A DNA stretch of 63,955 nt, the filler included, from Lenisia limosa (Eukaryota > Protista > Breviatea), in assembly GCA_001655205.1 (NCBI GenBank). It is 8 parts of 8 records of this genome, joined end to end, with 100 filler letters (N's around TTAATTAATTAA, not from the genome) between each part and the next. Parts side by side here need not be neighbours in the genome. Positions count along the whole stretch, not along the records: positions 39,402 to 62,693 come from LPNZ01002451.1; 7 more parts are not named here. One strand, given 5' to 3'. A program made the position numbers and the translations under genes. The notes below the pieces were generated by a model. It worked only from the letters and a program-made list of their open reading frames with translations. It was not told where the DNA came from and made no database searches. Below, piece by piece: positions 47,401-61,400 of this stretch; position 1 is the first letter of the stretch, and every line of letters begins with the position of its first letter.

Positions 47401-49657
47401 CTGATGCGGATGACGATATCACATGTGTTGCAATTGATAAGGACGAAACCGTCACGGCAGCCATGGCAACTCTCGACAACAAAGTTGCGGTATGCTGCTG
47501 GCATCGGTGACATTTTAGTTTGTGGACATGGCGACAGGCACCGTGCAGGGCTCAGCATTCCTCTCTTCCGACCCTTCTTTCATCTTCTACATCTCATCCT
47601 GCAATAGGCTTCTTGCTATCCAAGGATGCATGGTGAGGTTTCTTTCGGCTTTTCTTTTATTTCACCCTTCTTAGGCAAGCGTTTATGACGTCAGCATTCT
47701 TGACACGGAAGCGCCATTCCTTGCAAGATGGATATGGTATTCTCATCAACTGGATGGATTGTCGAATCATCACTCTAATTCTGTTCTGACAACCCAGGCC
47801 GCTTATGAGTGTAACTTGTGTGGACTACTGTCGTAACTACCGCTACACTGCAGCTGCCGGCCCTGCCAAACCCATTTCAAGTGAGATACCTTTACAAAAA
47901 ACTCTTAATCCACAAAATCACCCCCCCCCCCATTATAAAGCTGTTTTTAACCAACTTTTTCTGTTGCAATAATAAGTCCCGCTGTGGTATTATGTCATAT
48001 CACACTAAGTCAAATCAAACCTTGCTTCACTTGGATCCGAGCCTGACTGTTCTAGGCAATGCGGCTGAGCGACAGTTGAATTCCGAAAAGTACTCAATCC
48101 AGGTTTGACAGCAGTTTTGATGGCCAGTGGCTAACTTATTCAGATTCGAAGAGAGTCGGGTGCTGTGCTCGGAACCTATACTTCGCGAAAGGTGGGTTTG
48201 AATTGAGTAATCTGAAATAGCGGGTTTACATTGCTTTGTTACAATGGCGCAATTCGTAACCTTTTAGGCTGTGATGTCTTTGGCATTTCTGAGTAATGAA
48301 GGCGCCCTTGCAGCCTTGTTAGACGATAACACCATGATTGTCTTATCCCTTGCGTCTGCAACTCTTCTTATGGAGGTATCCCTTGAAGGTATGCTGCCTG
48401 CTTAAACTCCTGTCAAGATAGTTGACAATCCACAATTTTGTTATTCCTGACTCTGTAGCACCCGCTCAGTTGCTTGAGTATAATGTTACTAACTCATTGA
48501 TCCTCACTCACGGAGTCAAAGACCAGGAGGTAACCTAAAAGCAAATTACATTCTACACCAGTTGCATTAGTTACATTATAGGACGTGATTTCGCTCTTCA
48601 GTGCTGAGAGTCTCCTTTCCTATTTCCTTGACGAATCACCTGTAAGAAGAGCGTTTCGTTACTGACACATTAGGTCAGTATCTATGAGGCCGCCCCCACT
48701 CCATCCAGCCCTCTCATTGTAAGTATTGACCATGCGGTGACGCCTTCAGAATAACGCGTCGCGACTAATGATGATGTCGACAATGTCACTGGATTCCGGT
48801 GCCAAAGGAACGTCGGCATTGACTGCTGACCTCCGAATGCAGGGCAACGGCCTGATCATACCCCTCCCCCCTGCTGCTCGTAGGTTTAAACGCAAGTGAG
48901 CTAACTCTCCAGCTGATGATGATTGTTTCCCTGTGAAAGTCGTTCTGCCTGCTGGTATTGACGACTGCGCGCTGTTCATCAAAGATATTGAGGTAGCACT
49001 GTCTTCAATTTCTTATTAACCACCACAGGTCCCGCGATTCAAACAGCGGTCTTGGAAAGTGGACCACTCAGGAGGAGCCGTGACAAGTGTCCAGCTTAGC
49101 CCTTCCTTAGTTGTTACAGGGACAATGGGAGGCAGGGTGTACACGTGGTCCCTTCAAGGAGGTTTGTCAGCATAGCGCTACGAAGGACATGAGAATTGTG
49201 ATGCATATGATGCTCCTTGTCCCTCGGTTTCTGAATCATGTAGAGTACCTTGGCCAGCTGGTCCCCCACCGATGGATGCCGCAACCCGGCTTAGACGTTA
49301 TGCGCTGGAACGTCCCCGACTATTTGGACTCAAAAACGGACAAAATGCGCCGGCGTGCTGCCACTGAGGTTGGTGGTCGAAATTTCTGTTAACGCAAGAC
49401 AGATATTTTTTCATAATTAGTGTCAGAGTGGTAAAAGCACTTCCTTTTTTTTTTGTATCAAAATGTTGACCTCAGGTTATGGCGCACGTGTCACGAAGTC
49501 GACGCCAGCGCCTCGCGCGCGGTGGGGTGTCTGTCCACACTCTGAGGTAGGTGGTTTTGATCAGTTTGGCATTGCGTCTAAAAATAGAACTCACCAGTGC
49601 AGTGAAGAGGATAAACGATACAAAACAACTCCCGTTCTCCCAACCCTTCAAGAATGA
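41481..49657 (+). CDS. EF-hand plus WD40-repeat protein (WDR49/EFCAB8/WDY-like)
   Basis: LANLFHRVDARHTG.ITWTSLHEHLM (EF-hand-like), then WD repeats VATSATDRTIVFWD, AHSDWISALLSLPDLGLLVSASQDTTVKVWD, VLSGHKK and SLTGHEK. That the whole span is one gene is inferred. Confidence 0.68.
45214..45308. repeat. 46-nt tandem duplication, intronic
   Basis: GGGGCATATGACAGACAGATGACAGTAGATAACCATGGTGGTGTTG x2. Confidence 0.9.
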
Positions 49658-49871
49658 TCTATTTGGTGGTTTTATTTTTGTTTTCATGTTGATGTTTCCT
49701 TTCTTTTTTTTATTTTGTATTGTTTCTTATGAATGACACGATTTTTTGAATTCAATCTAACAATAATACACCATCACTCAATAATAAAACAAGAAAAAGT
49801 AAGCCCAGCAATCAGAGCTCAAAATCTTCAAATCCAAAATGAAAAGACTTGGTCAAACTTCCCTCTTGGTA

Positions 49872-52800
49872 TTATTTTGGACCTAAGCTGCGTAGAGTTG
49901 CCATTGAAATAGCCTTTCTCAGTCGGAGAGTATCCAAAAACATTGCCCTCTCATCATCGCGTATGATACCTGAGATAGGGTCAGAATCAAAAAGCTGAAG
50001 ACCACCAGACATACCGTTTTTGATGTAGTGCATTTGGTTATAGAAATCGCAGACGGCTACTACCCGCTCCCGACAGTAACTGCACAGAACTTTCCAACCC
50101 GCTGCACCGTTAACGATGGAAGGCGATAAAAAAATCATCGTATGCGGCGAGTCCCACCTTTGGGATTAGTCCGGGCCTTGAACTGAATATGTCGACGACG
50201 ACTACAGAAACCGCAGACATCAATAGCTAAGCCTGGGTGATGTAAGTTGGGAAATACATTTGGGTGCAAACAACAAAAGTAACAAAGTGTTACACCATGA
50301 TCCGCCCACTTTCTTCACTCGGAGGAGCGGGGGCGGCTTCTTTTTGGGCCGTTGCACCCGGGGCGGGCTAGAGTGTCACAATCAGTACTAAACTCTTCCT
50401 TGTTTAAACTTTCAAGCTTTGAAGATATTATATAGCTAATATATGTTCAACTGCGTCCAACGGCTTCCCTGGCCACAAACCTGCCGCACGTCCTTGACTT
50501 GTCCCAGAGACTCTATGTACACTGATCGCTGTTGGGCGCCTTCATGCAGCTAAGGGGGGTTAATGGCTTTATTGGGGGCGACTTTCGTGATTAATCAGCT
50601 GAAAATCTCACCTGCTTTCGGAACTTATTAGCGAAAGTTGAGAGACAGAAGGCAGGTCCAATGTCTTCTCGGATAACACGTGAAATAAAACTGTAGTCAA
50701 TGAGAGTTTATACTGTTGGGAAAAAAGCCTCAGAGACACCATAATGAGGTATTCAACGCAAATGCCAATTTATCATTATAGGAAACTTACGAATGGGAAA
50801 GATAATCTTTGACTGGACTCTCCAAAAACGATTTAAACTCCTAGGAGGTTAAAACAACCATGCGGAGTGAATTCTCGAAATCGCCTCCAACCTCGTTAAG
50901 CATGGGGTCAAATGAAGGTTCATCCGGTTGTTTCTTCGGTGATTCTTGACAGTGAAGGAAGAAAACCTTTACCAGAACGGACAAAATGTGTACCCCCCCC
51001 CCCNNNNNNNNNNNNNNNNNNNNNNNNNNNNNNNNNNNNNNNNNNNNNNNNNNNNNNNNNNNNNNNNNNNNNNNAGGAAATGGACGACCCTGCCGAGGCG
51101 TTTGATGCGCTCAATGCGGCAGATATCGGGCTGTTGGGCGCCGACGTCGTTGCAACAAAAGACATTGTCCGAGCCCTGAGGGATCAAATACATTCCTTAT
51201 ATCCCCCGGCCACCTGATATCATATACAATGCCACTAGCCCTCGAAACAATTTACTTACTTCCCACTACCTTACTGCCATGTGCTGCATTTCTGTTCGTT
51301 TGGACTGTTCATCATAAAGAATATCTTTGAGTTTTGATAACTCCTCTGTAGCGGTAAGTTGCTGATAGGAACACATTTCATTTGATAAGAAAAACCCCAC
51401 CCACCTCTGCCAAGAGTGTAGAGGTCATTTGTGTTCGCCAACTCAACTTCCAGCTTCGTTTTGACTTGCTCCTACTTTGTCAGTCTGGACTGAGAGAGTG
51501 TCTTACGCACCAGTTCATAGCGGGCTCGGGCCTCATCAGCAACCATCTCATTGCTTCGAAGAAACAGCTCCATCGTTAGCTCCTCTGTTGAGTTATTTGG
51601 AGCGTAAATGGCGGCAAAACCCACCCAGTTCGGCAATGACATCTTCTTTTTCCTGCGTCACCTGGGCAACTTCTTTCTGAAGAATTAGTTCCTTGGAACA
51701 CCGAGATTAGTTATCAATAATCGTTCACAGCTTACGCGCTCCTCTCCTAATGTGGAGCGCAACGCGTCAATTTCCAACGCTTGCGCTCGAATTCGGCTCT
51801 CAAGTTCACTTGTCTAGGAGGATTAGAACTCATTATTACATAATGCTATTGATATAAAGGAGTGAGGAACAAGCAGGAAAGGATTTAGGAACAGGAAAAG
51901 CTCCACACGGCGTTGTAAGGTTAATGGTGGACTAAAAATAGACTTCATTAATATCCTTTAGAAATAGTGTGAACTGCTTTTATTCCTCATTTCGCATTTG
52001 CACAAACACCCACTTTGATGACGTCAGCGCCGGGCCCTGGAGACGGACTGCTTAACGCGCTGATGTCCAATTCAGGGGCCTCAGTAACACTGTGTTAAAG
52101 TAACCATTGATCCAAAACATGATGTACATTGTTAGCATATTTGAAAGCATTATAAATAGCGACAAAAAGAACCAACCATGCTGGCGACCCAGTGATCGCC
52201 TCCACTTCAGAAAGAAGGCGGTTCCGAGACTACAATGTCAATTACTACAGTGAACAACACCCAATGGCTGACGATTGAACCCACTTCTTCCGCGGCTACT
52301 CTCCGTATTCTCTCAGACTTGAGAGAGTCTTTTGTGGTAGCGAGCTCTTCTTGAAGCAAAGCCTGTGTTGTGAGTGTGAAATAAGAAACAATGGCTCACA
52401 TTGAAGTTCTTCGAGTCTTTCAGCAGGTCTTTAAAATGGGAAACTTCACCCTTGATCAGACTCAACTCCTCCACAAGATCCGCATTAGCTTTGATGAGGC
52501 TCTCCTCACGAGCTAAAGGGTGAGGACCAAAGGACGGCATGGCCAGACGAAACGCCCTCCTACCGGCACTCTGCTCAGCATAGTTCGGCGTACAGGCGTC
52601 TGGGGAGTCTTCAAAAACCTAACCATTAGACACGACACCAGGGCCTCTTGTTTCATTATCAATAGCAAGCAAACCTGGGGGTTGTCAACAAAGAGGATCT
52701 TGGAGTTGGTACGTAGATTGACCTGTCGTCTCTCACTCAGATCGTCTGGCTTGTCAGCGTCCGGGTTGGGGGTGACGCTCATGGTCTCTGATGTCCCCAC

Positions 52801-52914
52801 ATCAAGGTCTCCTGTGTTCAAAGGCGAACCTGGGGGAGGGCTTTCGATGGATGGAGTGGGCGACGGTGTGCTGGCTCGCGGCGAAGGAGGTGGTTGGTCG
52901 CCTTCCCCTTCCAT
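49872..52914 (-). CDS. Coiled-coil protein with a C-terminal CxxC..CxxC cluster
   Basis: Pro/Ser-rich start MEGEGDQPPPSPRAS; coiled-coil exons ALLQEELATTKDSLKSERIRR and TSELESRIRAQALEIDALRS; ends DVCGFCSRRRH..VLCSYCRERVVAVCDFYNQMHYIKNG..GPK*. Confidence 0.6.
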
Positions 52915-53360
52915 TATTAGAAATGCGGTTCTAAGGTCGGCTGTGCTTAGTTTTATCCACTAAAATGCTTGATAAGCACAACTATAATGTTTATAGATGC
53001 ATAAACGGGAAGAAGAGCGTTCTTTCTTCCGCCTATCTCATCTCGCTCAAGAGAATTGGGTCAATATTTGCTTCTTTAAATATAAAAATAATAATAATAC
53101 GATAATAATCTAATAATAATCGAAAAGAGGTGCCGACGTTCAAAAAACTGAACGAATATAGGAAATAACCTAGGGGTGGTTTGTAGTACGCAATAAAATC
53201 ATTATATGAAGTACCCACACACTGCCTCCCGTCATAGCCATAGAATGTAATAAACAAATTGTCAGCTAGTTAGCACAGGAAAACATTGCATATCTTCAAT
53301 AAAATCTATATCGAAGCCGGGACTTGCATGGCTTCGTCTTGAACCTAAGAAATATAAGAC

Positions 53361-56300
53361 CTAATCCTCCTCTTCCATTTCATCTTCCTCCTCCACATCA
53401 TCTTCCTCATCTTCCCCACTACTATCGCTATCACTCTCACTGTCGCTGTCACTCTCTGCTTCAACTTCTTCCTTCTCTTCCTTCTTCTCCTCCTTCTCTT
53501 CAACCTTCTTCTCCTTCTTGCCGCTGTACTCCATCTGAGCAGGGGCAATGTGGTTGACACTAAGTTCAACACTCTTCAACTCCTAAACATGTGAGCACCA
53601 GCCCAAATACCAACGATGCTGAGACCACCCTCCCCACCTGGCCGTTGAGAGCGCCAATAAGAACTGTAATTGGCCCCGACTCCTCGGATGTCTCAAGTCC
53701 CTAAATGATGAGAACCTGGCTGCAGAAATGTCAGTTGAATCACCACGCCCCAACCTTTAGTTTTGTCAGGACAGTATTGGACAGGGATTTGATCTTTGCA
53801 ACGGCGAGGGCGGCACGGGGGGCCTTGGTGGCAATGCTTTTCAGAACATCAGCGGACTCCTCAGAAAGCATACGAGCAAAGTTGGCATGCTCTGGTCAAT
53901 TAGCCAAGTACACTACAAAGCCAAAACCGCCAGGTCCAACCATTTTCCGAAGAGTTGAAGATGAGGTTCTGAATGAACTTGACATCAGTAGTGGCGAGAG
54001 AATCGTCGTCTTCAAGATGGTCCACTACGTAGCGCAGGGTCTTGGCTGCAAGCTTGGCGGAGGCCACAGCTGAGAGGTTTAGTATTGACCATTGTCATCA
54101 TCTGCTTGCTCAAGTGAATTTCTCAGAGAAACGAACAAGCGATATGAGGGATATTTAAGGATCTACCAAAAAATTATAGTATGCCCCTCACTGTCAATGT
54201 GAACGATCAAGTTTCCAATCAAAAGGCGAAGATCAGCATTTGTGATCAACTCTTCAAACTAGAACGATTAACATGGGGTTCTAGTTATGGGCTCAAACAA
54301 AATAATATAATTAATTATTGGGGGTTTTTAGGACTGAAAAGCCCAAGAAGCAACCAAGTAGCATGATTCCATCATCAAACAAGAGATGGAGGGGGGGGGG
54401 GGNNNNNNNNNNNNNNNNNNNNNNNNNNNNNNNNNNNNNNNNNNNNNNNNNNNNNNNNNNNNNNNNNNNNNNNNNNNNNNNNNNNNAGTGGGCGCCCCCA
54501 CCTGTTCACTGACGGCCTTGAGGAGACGTTCGTCCATAATGTTGCGCACGCGACCCATACGGTCACCCAGGGGCTTGAAACTGCAGGGTAAATCACATTG
54601 AACATGGGTAATTTGGAAGTGAAAACATGAAGCAATTGGAAATGGTACCAGCCAACGCTTTGATGGGGAAGGTTTTTCTGAGAGTGTTCACAATGGGTTC
54701 ATAAACACGGGTGTCGCCAGCACAGTAGGGAAACAGGCACACGCGGGTGAAGTATTTCTCCGTAAGAAGCTCAGCAAACTTATCGCAAAGAGGCTAATAG
54801 AATTAGAGCGCAACTATGACGTAAATAAAAGGAGCCCCCCCCCCCCTCGTACATAAACTACAGATTTGGTAAGGTTCTCGGTATCATCAACGTCTTCAAA
54901 GAGACGAAGGAGAACGATGTAAGCCCAATTGTCCTAAACAGTCAACTTCTTCGTCGAAGAATGGTTTGAAATGATTAACGTGAACGAGGACAATATTATA
55001 TTGTATCATATATATAATCATAGTACATTAATATCTTCATATCGAGTGACAACATTTCACACTATATATATATATGTATCATAAAACAAGCCTGTTTTAA
55101 TGCCCACCACAGCCATTTTCGGAACATGCTCCTTGATCTTCTTCATAAGTTGACGCTTGTCCTAAGTATAGGAAGTTGTTGCATGGAATTGATGAAAACA
55201 TCGCTTATTTAATGTTATTATTCTTGCACTCAAAGAAAAGCACTACTCAAAAAATCATTCCCATACAGCAGGCTTGGCGCGGCTGAGGAAGTGTAAGGCA
55301 CTTTTGCACCCTTCGTTGGTATGAACCATTTCAATAAGAACATGCATCACCTGAAGAGAGAACATGAGGGTCATCAAAACCAGCAAAACTGAAAAAGGGG
55401 GGAATTCAATATTGGTTCATATCAACAATCACATTTAGTTCCCCCTTACATGAGCGGTCATTTCATCAGCTTCTTTGTCATTACAGGTTCTGAGGAATTA
55501 GAAGTCCTTCTAATACAAAAGAAATGTTATACTGTCCCAACATACTCATAGAACACCAAAAGAGCCTTGTGGAGAATGTGGTATGCAGCAATGCCCTTGT
55601 CGAAACACTTTCCGAGGGTCTCACCGAGTTGCCTGGTGGACTAATCCGTAAGTAAGAGTAGTTTCATCAAAGAGTGCACCGAATCATTCACCTACCTGTT
55701 GTCTGCCGTGAAGTGACTGGATCATCGCCTTCTTCTGCTTGGATGACGCAAACTCGGAGTATGCGAAGTTAAGAACATCAACACCATTCTTGGGAGATGA
55801 GTCAACAATCGCAGAAGTTGTGAGCTACCTTGTGTCTGACGAACATGTTGGCCTTCTTTGTAAGGGCCTGGATAACCTTTTCGCGCTGTACACTGTCTCC
55901 ATATCTAACCATAAGGTAATAAAAAAGAAACAGAGGAGGGATAGGGCACTGGGTAAGAAAGAAACACCAACCTGAGCATTTTCTTGACGATGAAACGAGA
56001 GTAGGTCTCATTTGACATTTCACTTACAACAGCTGAAGAGTCAATTTCTATTTTTTTTTCTTACGTCTCTACCATAAAATCTAAAAATCCAATACTCACG
56101 CAAGAGTTCGCTGATGACTGAACGCTTCTGCTCCTTCGAGCCTTCTGTGAGAATGTGCTGAATAACGCGGGAGGACTGATGCTTGAACACAAGCTGAGCG
56201 GGAAAACATTAGAATTATAAAATAGAGGATAAGCAGGAGGAGATAACCCATAGAAGAAGCCAAAAACCGAAGTCCCTCCCCTACATCATGCACTTTTCCT

Positions 56301-56703
56301 TTGATAGCCAAACTGATCTCCTTCCTTGCCTTCAAACGATCCTTATCCTCCAGAGTACTGTTTCTAGAAATTTCCCAGGCCTTCATCAGGTCACAGATGA
56401 TTTGCCACTGAGGGTCACTCCGCGACTTCCTATAAAAAAAGATAAATAAACGCTGGCTACTTCGCTTAAACACAAACCTTTCAGTTAAAACCTCCTTCTG
56501 CTTCTCCCTAGCCTCCTTCTTGGTCTTTGGAATCTCAGGCTTAGGCTCCTCCTCTGCTAAGAGTCAGACAAATAGGTCAATTAAGAACAGAAAATAAACA
56601 AACCAGCCTTGGAACGCTTCTGCGATGGCTTAGCTGAAAAATCTGGCTTTCTTTTCATTGGCTTTCCAGGCTTGCCTCCACGCTTATCATCTTTGAACCC
56701 CAT
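53361..56703 (-). CDS. PUF6: Pumilio-like nucleolar protein PUF6/PUM3
   Basis: Basic N-terminus, MKAWEISRNSTLEDKDRLKARKEISLAIKGKVHDLVFKHQSSRVIQHIL, RYGDSVQREKVIQALTKKANMFVRHKVA and an acidic tail. Confidence 0.88.
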
Positions 56704-56985
56704 TTTGATAACAAATACGAGTACTCTCCGTTTATAAAAAGGGCTAAACAAATCTCGAGCCTCCTGGTTATATAGACATATATTGGACCAGGACAGCCCT
56801 TTTTGTCCAACTTTTTGTTTTGAACTCCCCTCTTTCCCTCTTTTGCAGCTCATTACACCACTTTACTACGAAAAATAAAATTGATCAGTTGAGTTCTTGA
56901 TTTCCCCACCAAACACCGTCTCACAGCCGCAAACTACACCATCTTGTTTTTGATCAAAAGCACACACTTTTTTGTTACCTTAAAG

Positions 56986-58012
56986 ATGAGTGACAGCGAT
57001 GCTGAAGATACTGTTTGTGGATGTTTTTTTTTTGCATATTTTACTTTTTGTCACTAACAAGTTGTAGTATGAAGTTGAAGGAATCATTGCTCATAAAATT
57101 GAAGTGGGTTGGATGTGGGTTTACACTCTTAGTTCATAAGTGGCCATTTTTACTGTTTAAGGCAGGAGTAGTAATGTACTACATCAAATGGAAAGGCTAC
57201 AGCGACTCTGAGAACACCTGGCAGACCAGAGATGACTTACAGTGTGATTTTGGGAGACATAACATAGAGTAGTATCTTAGCTTCTTTGGGAGATTTAACC
57301 TTCCTAGTGGTTCAGGTGCCCTCCTCACGGACTACCATAGGCGCTATCCTGAAATTGATCCTGAGAGCCAAGCCTCAAATATCGTAAGCAAACATTATCT
57401 GGAGTGCGAATATGTTTGTATTGAACTTCTAGGATCTTCTTATCAGTGCCAACTATGATGAAACTGTAAGGAATGGGAATTATGAATTTTCCAACTAACA
57501 TTCACAGAAGGACATCAGTAGTCAATCGTTTGTAGGCTTCAGCTCACAGAACAAACGAATTAGTATGAGGGATATTGCAGTTGGTATATTTCATTAAAAA
57601 CAGAAAAAAAAAAAACTAGAAAAATAAAAGTGTAAATGTTGGCTGCACATCTTGTTATTTTTTGAAGATATTGATTTTTTTAAAAGTTATTATTTCCTAT
57701 AATAACCATTCAGCTATCAGCCTTGCTGATGGATGGTGTGTGGAAGAGATTCTGGGTGCGTCCAGAACCGTTTCAGGTTTATTAGTCCTTTGGGTGTCGT
57801 GGTAGGGAAGTTTGTGTGAATTTCGAAAAATTCAACTGAAAGATTCATCACTCTTCAGGATCAGTAGCTCTGGAGGAAGGGCAAAAGGCTTCATTCCTTC
57901 AAAAGTCATGCACACACTTGACCCAATCATGCTCATCCATTGCTATGAGAGGCATATGCACACCCAGGGTTCTTTGGTACTGACAAATGAAGCAGGGTTA
58001 TATTACTCTTAA
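56986..58012 (+). CDS. HP1-like chromodomain and chromoshadow protein
   Basis: YEVEGIIAHK..YYIKWKGYSDSENTW (chromo); GWCVEEILGA..PIMLIHCYERHM (chromoshadow-like). Confidence 0.85.
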
Positions 58013-58435
58013 TATTTTAGATTGCTTCACACTCATAAAAGACGTCCTGTACTTATTTATTGTTCATCTTGTTCACGGTTTCTTCGATATACTGGCTGAT
58101 GATCCTGTCTTCAAGCGCAGTGCCACATACGTTTTCATACAAGGACCAAATATGTTTCTCTATGTCTTAACGTTTTGTTTTCAATAAATCTGGGAAACAA
58201 AGACAATTGTCCATTGTCATGTTGTCATATAATCAGGTCGAAGTCAAAGATTCAAGATCAACCAGATCCTGTTAATCTTGGTTCTTGTGGCAAGGGCTAT
58301 CAGGTAGAAAAGTAACACGGGCCGGATTAACTCCCAGAGTGTTTCTTTTCGGTTTTTTTTTTAGTTTTTCCTGTGCATTCTGTGGTTGAAGAGGTTTATA
58401 AATTTAAATAATTAAATAATTATTTATCTATCATC

Positions 58436-61400
58436 ATGGTTATAACATTACTTCCTTTCCACTCGGTCCCAGTGAAGAAAGCAGAAAAAGTTAACCTTGC
58501 TGATCCGCTAAAGAAGTTTATTGGAGCTGCCTACGGAAAAGAGGTATTTTTCTTTATAGATCTACAGTATACATTATTAAATATCGAGTTAATGGCCTTC
58601 TAGCAAGTTTCCCAGCACAATGAAGCGCTTGGAATTGTGAATGGTCTTCGTGAGAATGTCAGAAATGATGAAACTTTGACTGAACATGCTTTGGAATCTT
58701 TGAACAAGTGAGTTTTTAGGAATTACATTATTGTCAGGGTTCTTCTTCACCTTTCCAGTTATCTCTCAATGTTGATTAACCTTGAAAAACGGTTTTCAGT
58801 CGGAGAAGAGGCCGAACAGGTAGGTATCGGAGTATTTCCTGAAATTGTAACAGTAGATCAACATCAAATTTGAATGGCGCTCTCTCTACAAGAATAAAAA
58901 AATGCGTAAGCTGGAGTTTGTTATTTGGGTTAAAAAATGGACATTTAGTGAACAATATTTTGGTGCACCTCATTTTTTTGTAGACAGTTTTTCTGTAGGG
59001 TTTGAGAGGGCATCAGTCCTCTTTAACATTGCTGCGATCCACTTTGCCATGGCCAACTCCATCAACAGAGGAACCGCGGAAGGAGTCCCTCTGGCGGCAA
59101 AACACGCCAAGACTGTGGGTACTGGGGTGCTGGGTGTTGTGTACATCAACTTTGGAATTCTGGATATCCATAAGATACCAAATGTGGCGGTTAACTCTCA
59201 AGGCTGCTGCCATCTTCATGCACATTCGCGATTCAGTTGCTGGGTACGTGGCTGAAAGGAAATTTTACGGTACTGGATATCATTGACCGTTTAGGCGTTC
59301 GGCTTCTCCTGAGCTCTCTTACGATTTCCTTTCCGCTATGAACCATCTCTGCATGGCCTTTGCCCAAGAGTCTGGATACATCAAGGTTTGTGGCTTACAT
59401 GGGGTGCTTCAAGCATTTAGTGATTGTATGGAACTCTCTGGGTACTTTGATATTCTTTTTCTTGTTTGACACATAACAGGCCTCTGAAGGAGGAATGAGT
59501 GGTCAAATCATTGGAAAGCTCGCACAACAAGGTGAAGTGTGGGTATTTTCAATTCCATCAACTCAAGCTATCATACCCTCTGTCCTTGTCCTGTGTAAAT
59601 TGACGCAACAGTTGCGGTGCACTACGAGGAGGCCGTTTCTGCCGCTAACCTCTCCGGTGCTTGCGATGCTAAATATCTGTTTGACAAGTTTGAGGGTGAC
59701 TCTAGATCAACATGAGTACCACCTTTTACCATTTCAGCCTCTACCAGCCTGACCTCAATGCCCGAGTCCTCTTCTGGAAAGGTTGGATTTTGGGGTTTCT
59801 CCAAACACTACTGAATTACCAAGTCTTTCAACTCATCACATTCTTGCATTGCAAGTTTTAATCCCTAGTCTTAACACCGTAGCCCAGGCCCAACTCAGCA
59901 CGGGTCGAGCTGCGTTTGAGGCCATGGATGAGCCCGGAAACGCCGTGTCGCGCCTGCGCCAGGCCAACGAGTGGCTCAAAGAGGTGGCAAAGTTGTTGAT
60001 CTTCTTTTTCTGATTCAAAAGTACTACATGTACGTATCATATACATACGATAAAGTTTATCTCTTTAGTGCATAGTGTTTTTCTCTAACATGATCTCACA
60101 CTATAGGCTGCGAAGCTCGGTGCCAAGGTTTCTCCCATCGCTGCCCTTCTGAAAAGCGAGAGTGCTGTGAGTTTTTAACACTATATTTGGAATTCATTCT
60201 TCAGATGATGCAGAGTTACTTGGAAAAGTGTGAGCTTGAGAACAAGAAGGTTGGTTGTTACCTGAGTTTCTAAACTCCAAGGTGTACTCTGAGTATGTCG
60301 ACAAGTTTGAAAGAATGTCTATCATTGAGCCCAAATCTATTGGTATGATGGTCTATTATGTTACTTTAACGTTGCCCCCGGGTCTCACCTCTACAGTGAA
60401 AGTTATCGAGTACGAATACCCTGAGGGTACCAGCGCGGACCCTTTTGTAGCACTTGTCCCCCAAGCTGTCGGACGCGCGGTCAATGAATACGATGTCTGC
60501 TACTACCTCTTTCTTATCAGTTCGACTATTTTGACACTTTTAGCATATGAAACAAACTCGTGTGCGTAATATCGTAACGTCTCTTGATGACCAAACCCAC
60601 TTAGCTACCAGGTTGGCACCACTGACTTTTGTTGAGTTGATAGTTTTCTTACTTTTAGCAATAGAAACCTTTCTCAAGAACCTTTGAAACCCCCTTCCAT
60701 TTCTGTTAGCTATTCTTACCTCCCGCCTCCCCCCAGCCTCCTTGATTCGATGGGATTGCCTTCAGCCGTGGACGTGGCTGTAGCTGGAAACAGCCCCGAC
60801 CTTCCCGAGAGCCTTGTTGAGAAGCTCACCATGGTCCAGTCTCTGGTATGAGGTATCTTCCCGTACATTATCGGCACCTAAAAGATGTTCTGAGTGGTTA
60901 GGGGTAATGTAAAGAGTAGAGGTACCTAGTTGGCTTACTCTGTAGGATGGACTCACCGGCCTCCGCAATTACTTTGAAGAGAACGACACTCTCCGCCACA
61001 AATCTAAAAGTGGGCTGAATCCTCTGATCTTACTGTTTAGTTCTTTGTGAACAGGCTCTCGGCGAACTTGAGGCTGAAGAGCTTGACGACATGGAAATGA
61101 GGAACAATTTCCACCAAAGATGGACCCGCCAACCTTCCGCTGATATCAATAAGGACCTGAAGGCAGACTGTGGGTGAAGGGTACAACCAATATAGTATTG
61201 TTTTTGGATCTTTTATCATTTTGTTGTTTATTTTTTATAATTCAACTTAGTGAGCAAGTATTTGAATACCCTTGAACAAGCCGGAAACGCGGATGCTACT
61301 GTCCAGGACAAGTTCTCAAAGAACATGGAAAACCTCAAGAAGCTTGACCTCAGCATCGTTTGAGGGAGGCAAATGCATTGTAGTTGCTATTCTCAGTGCT

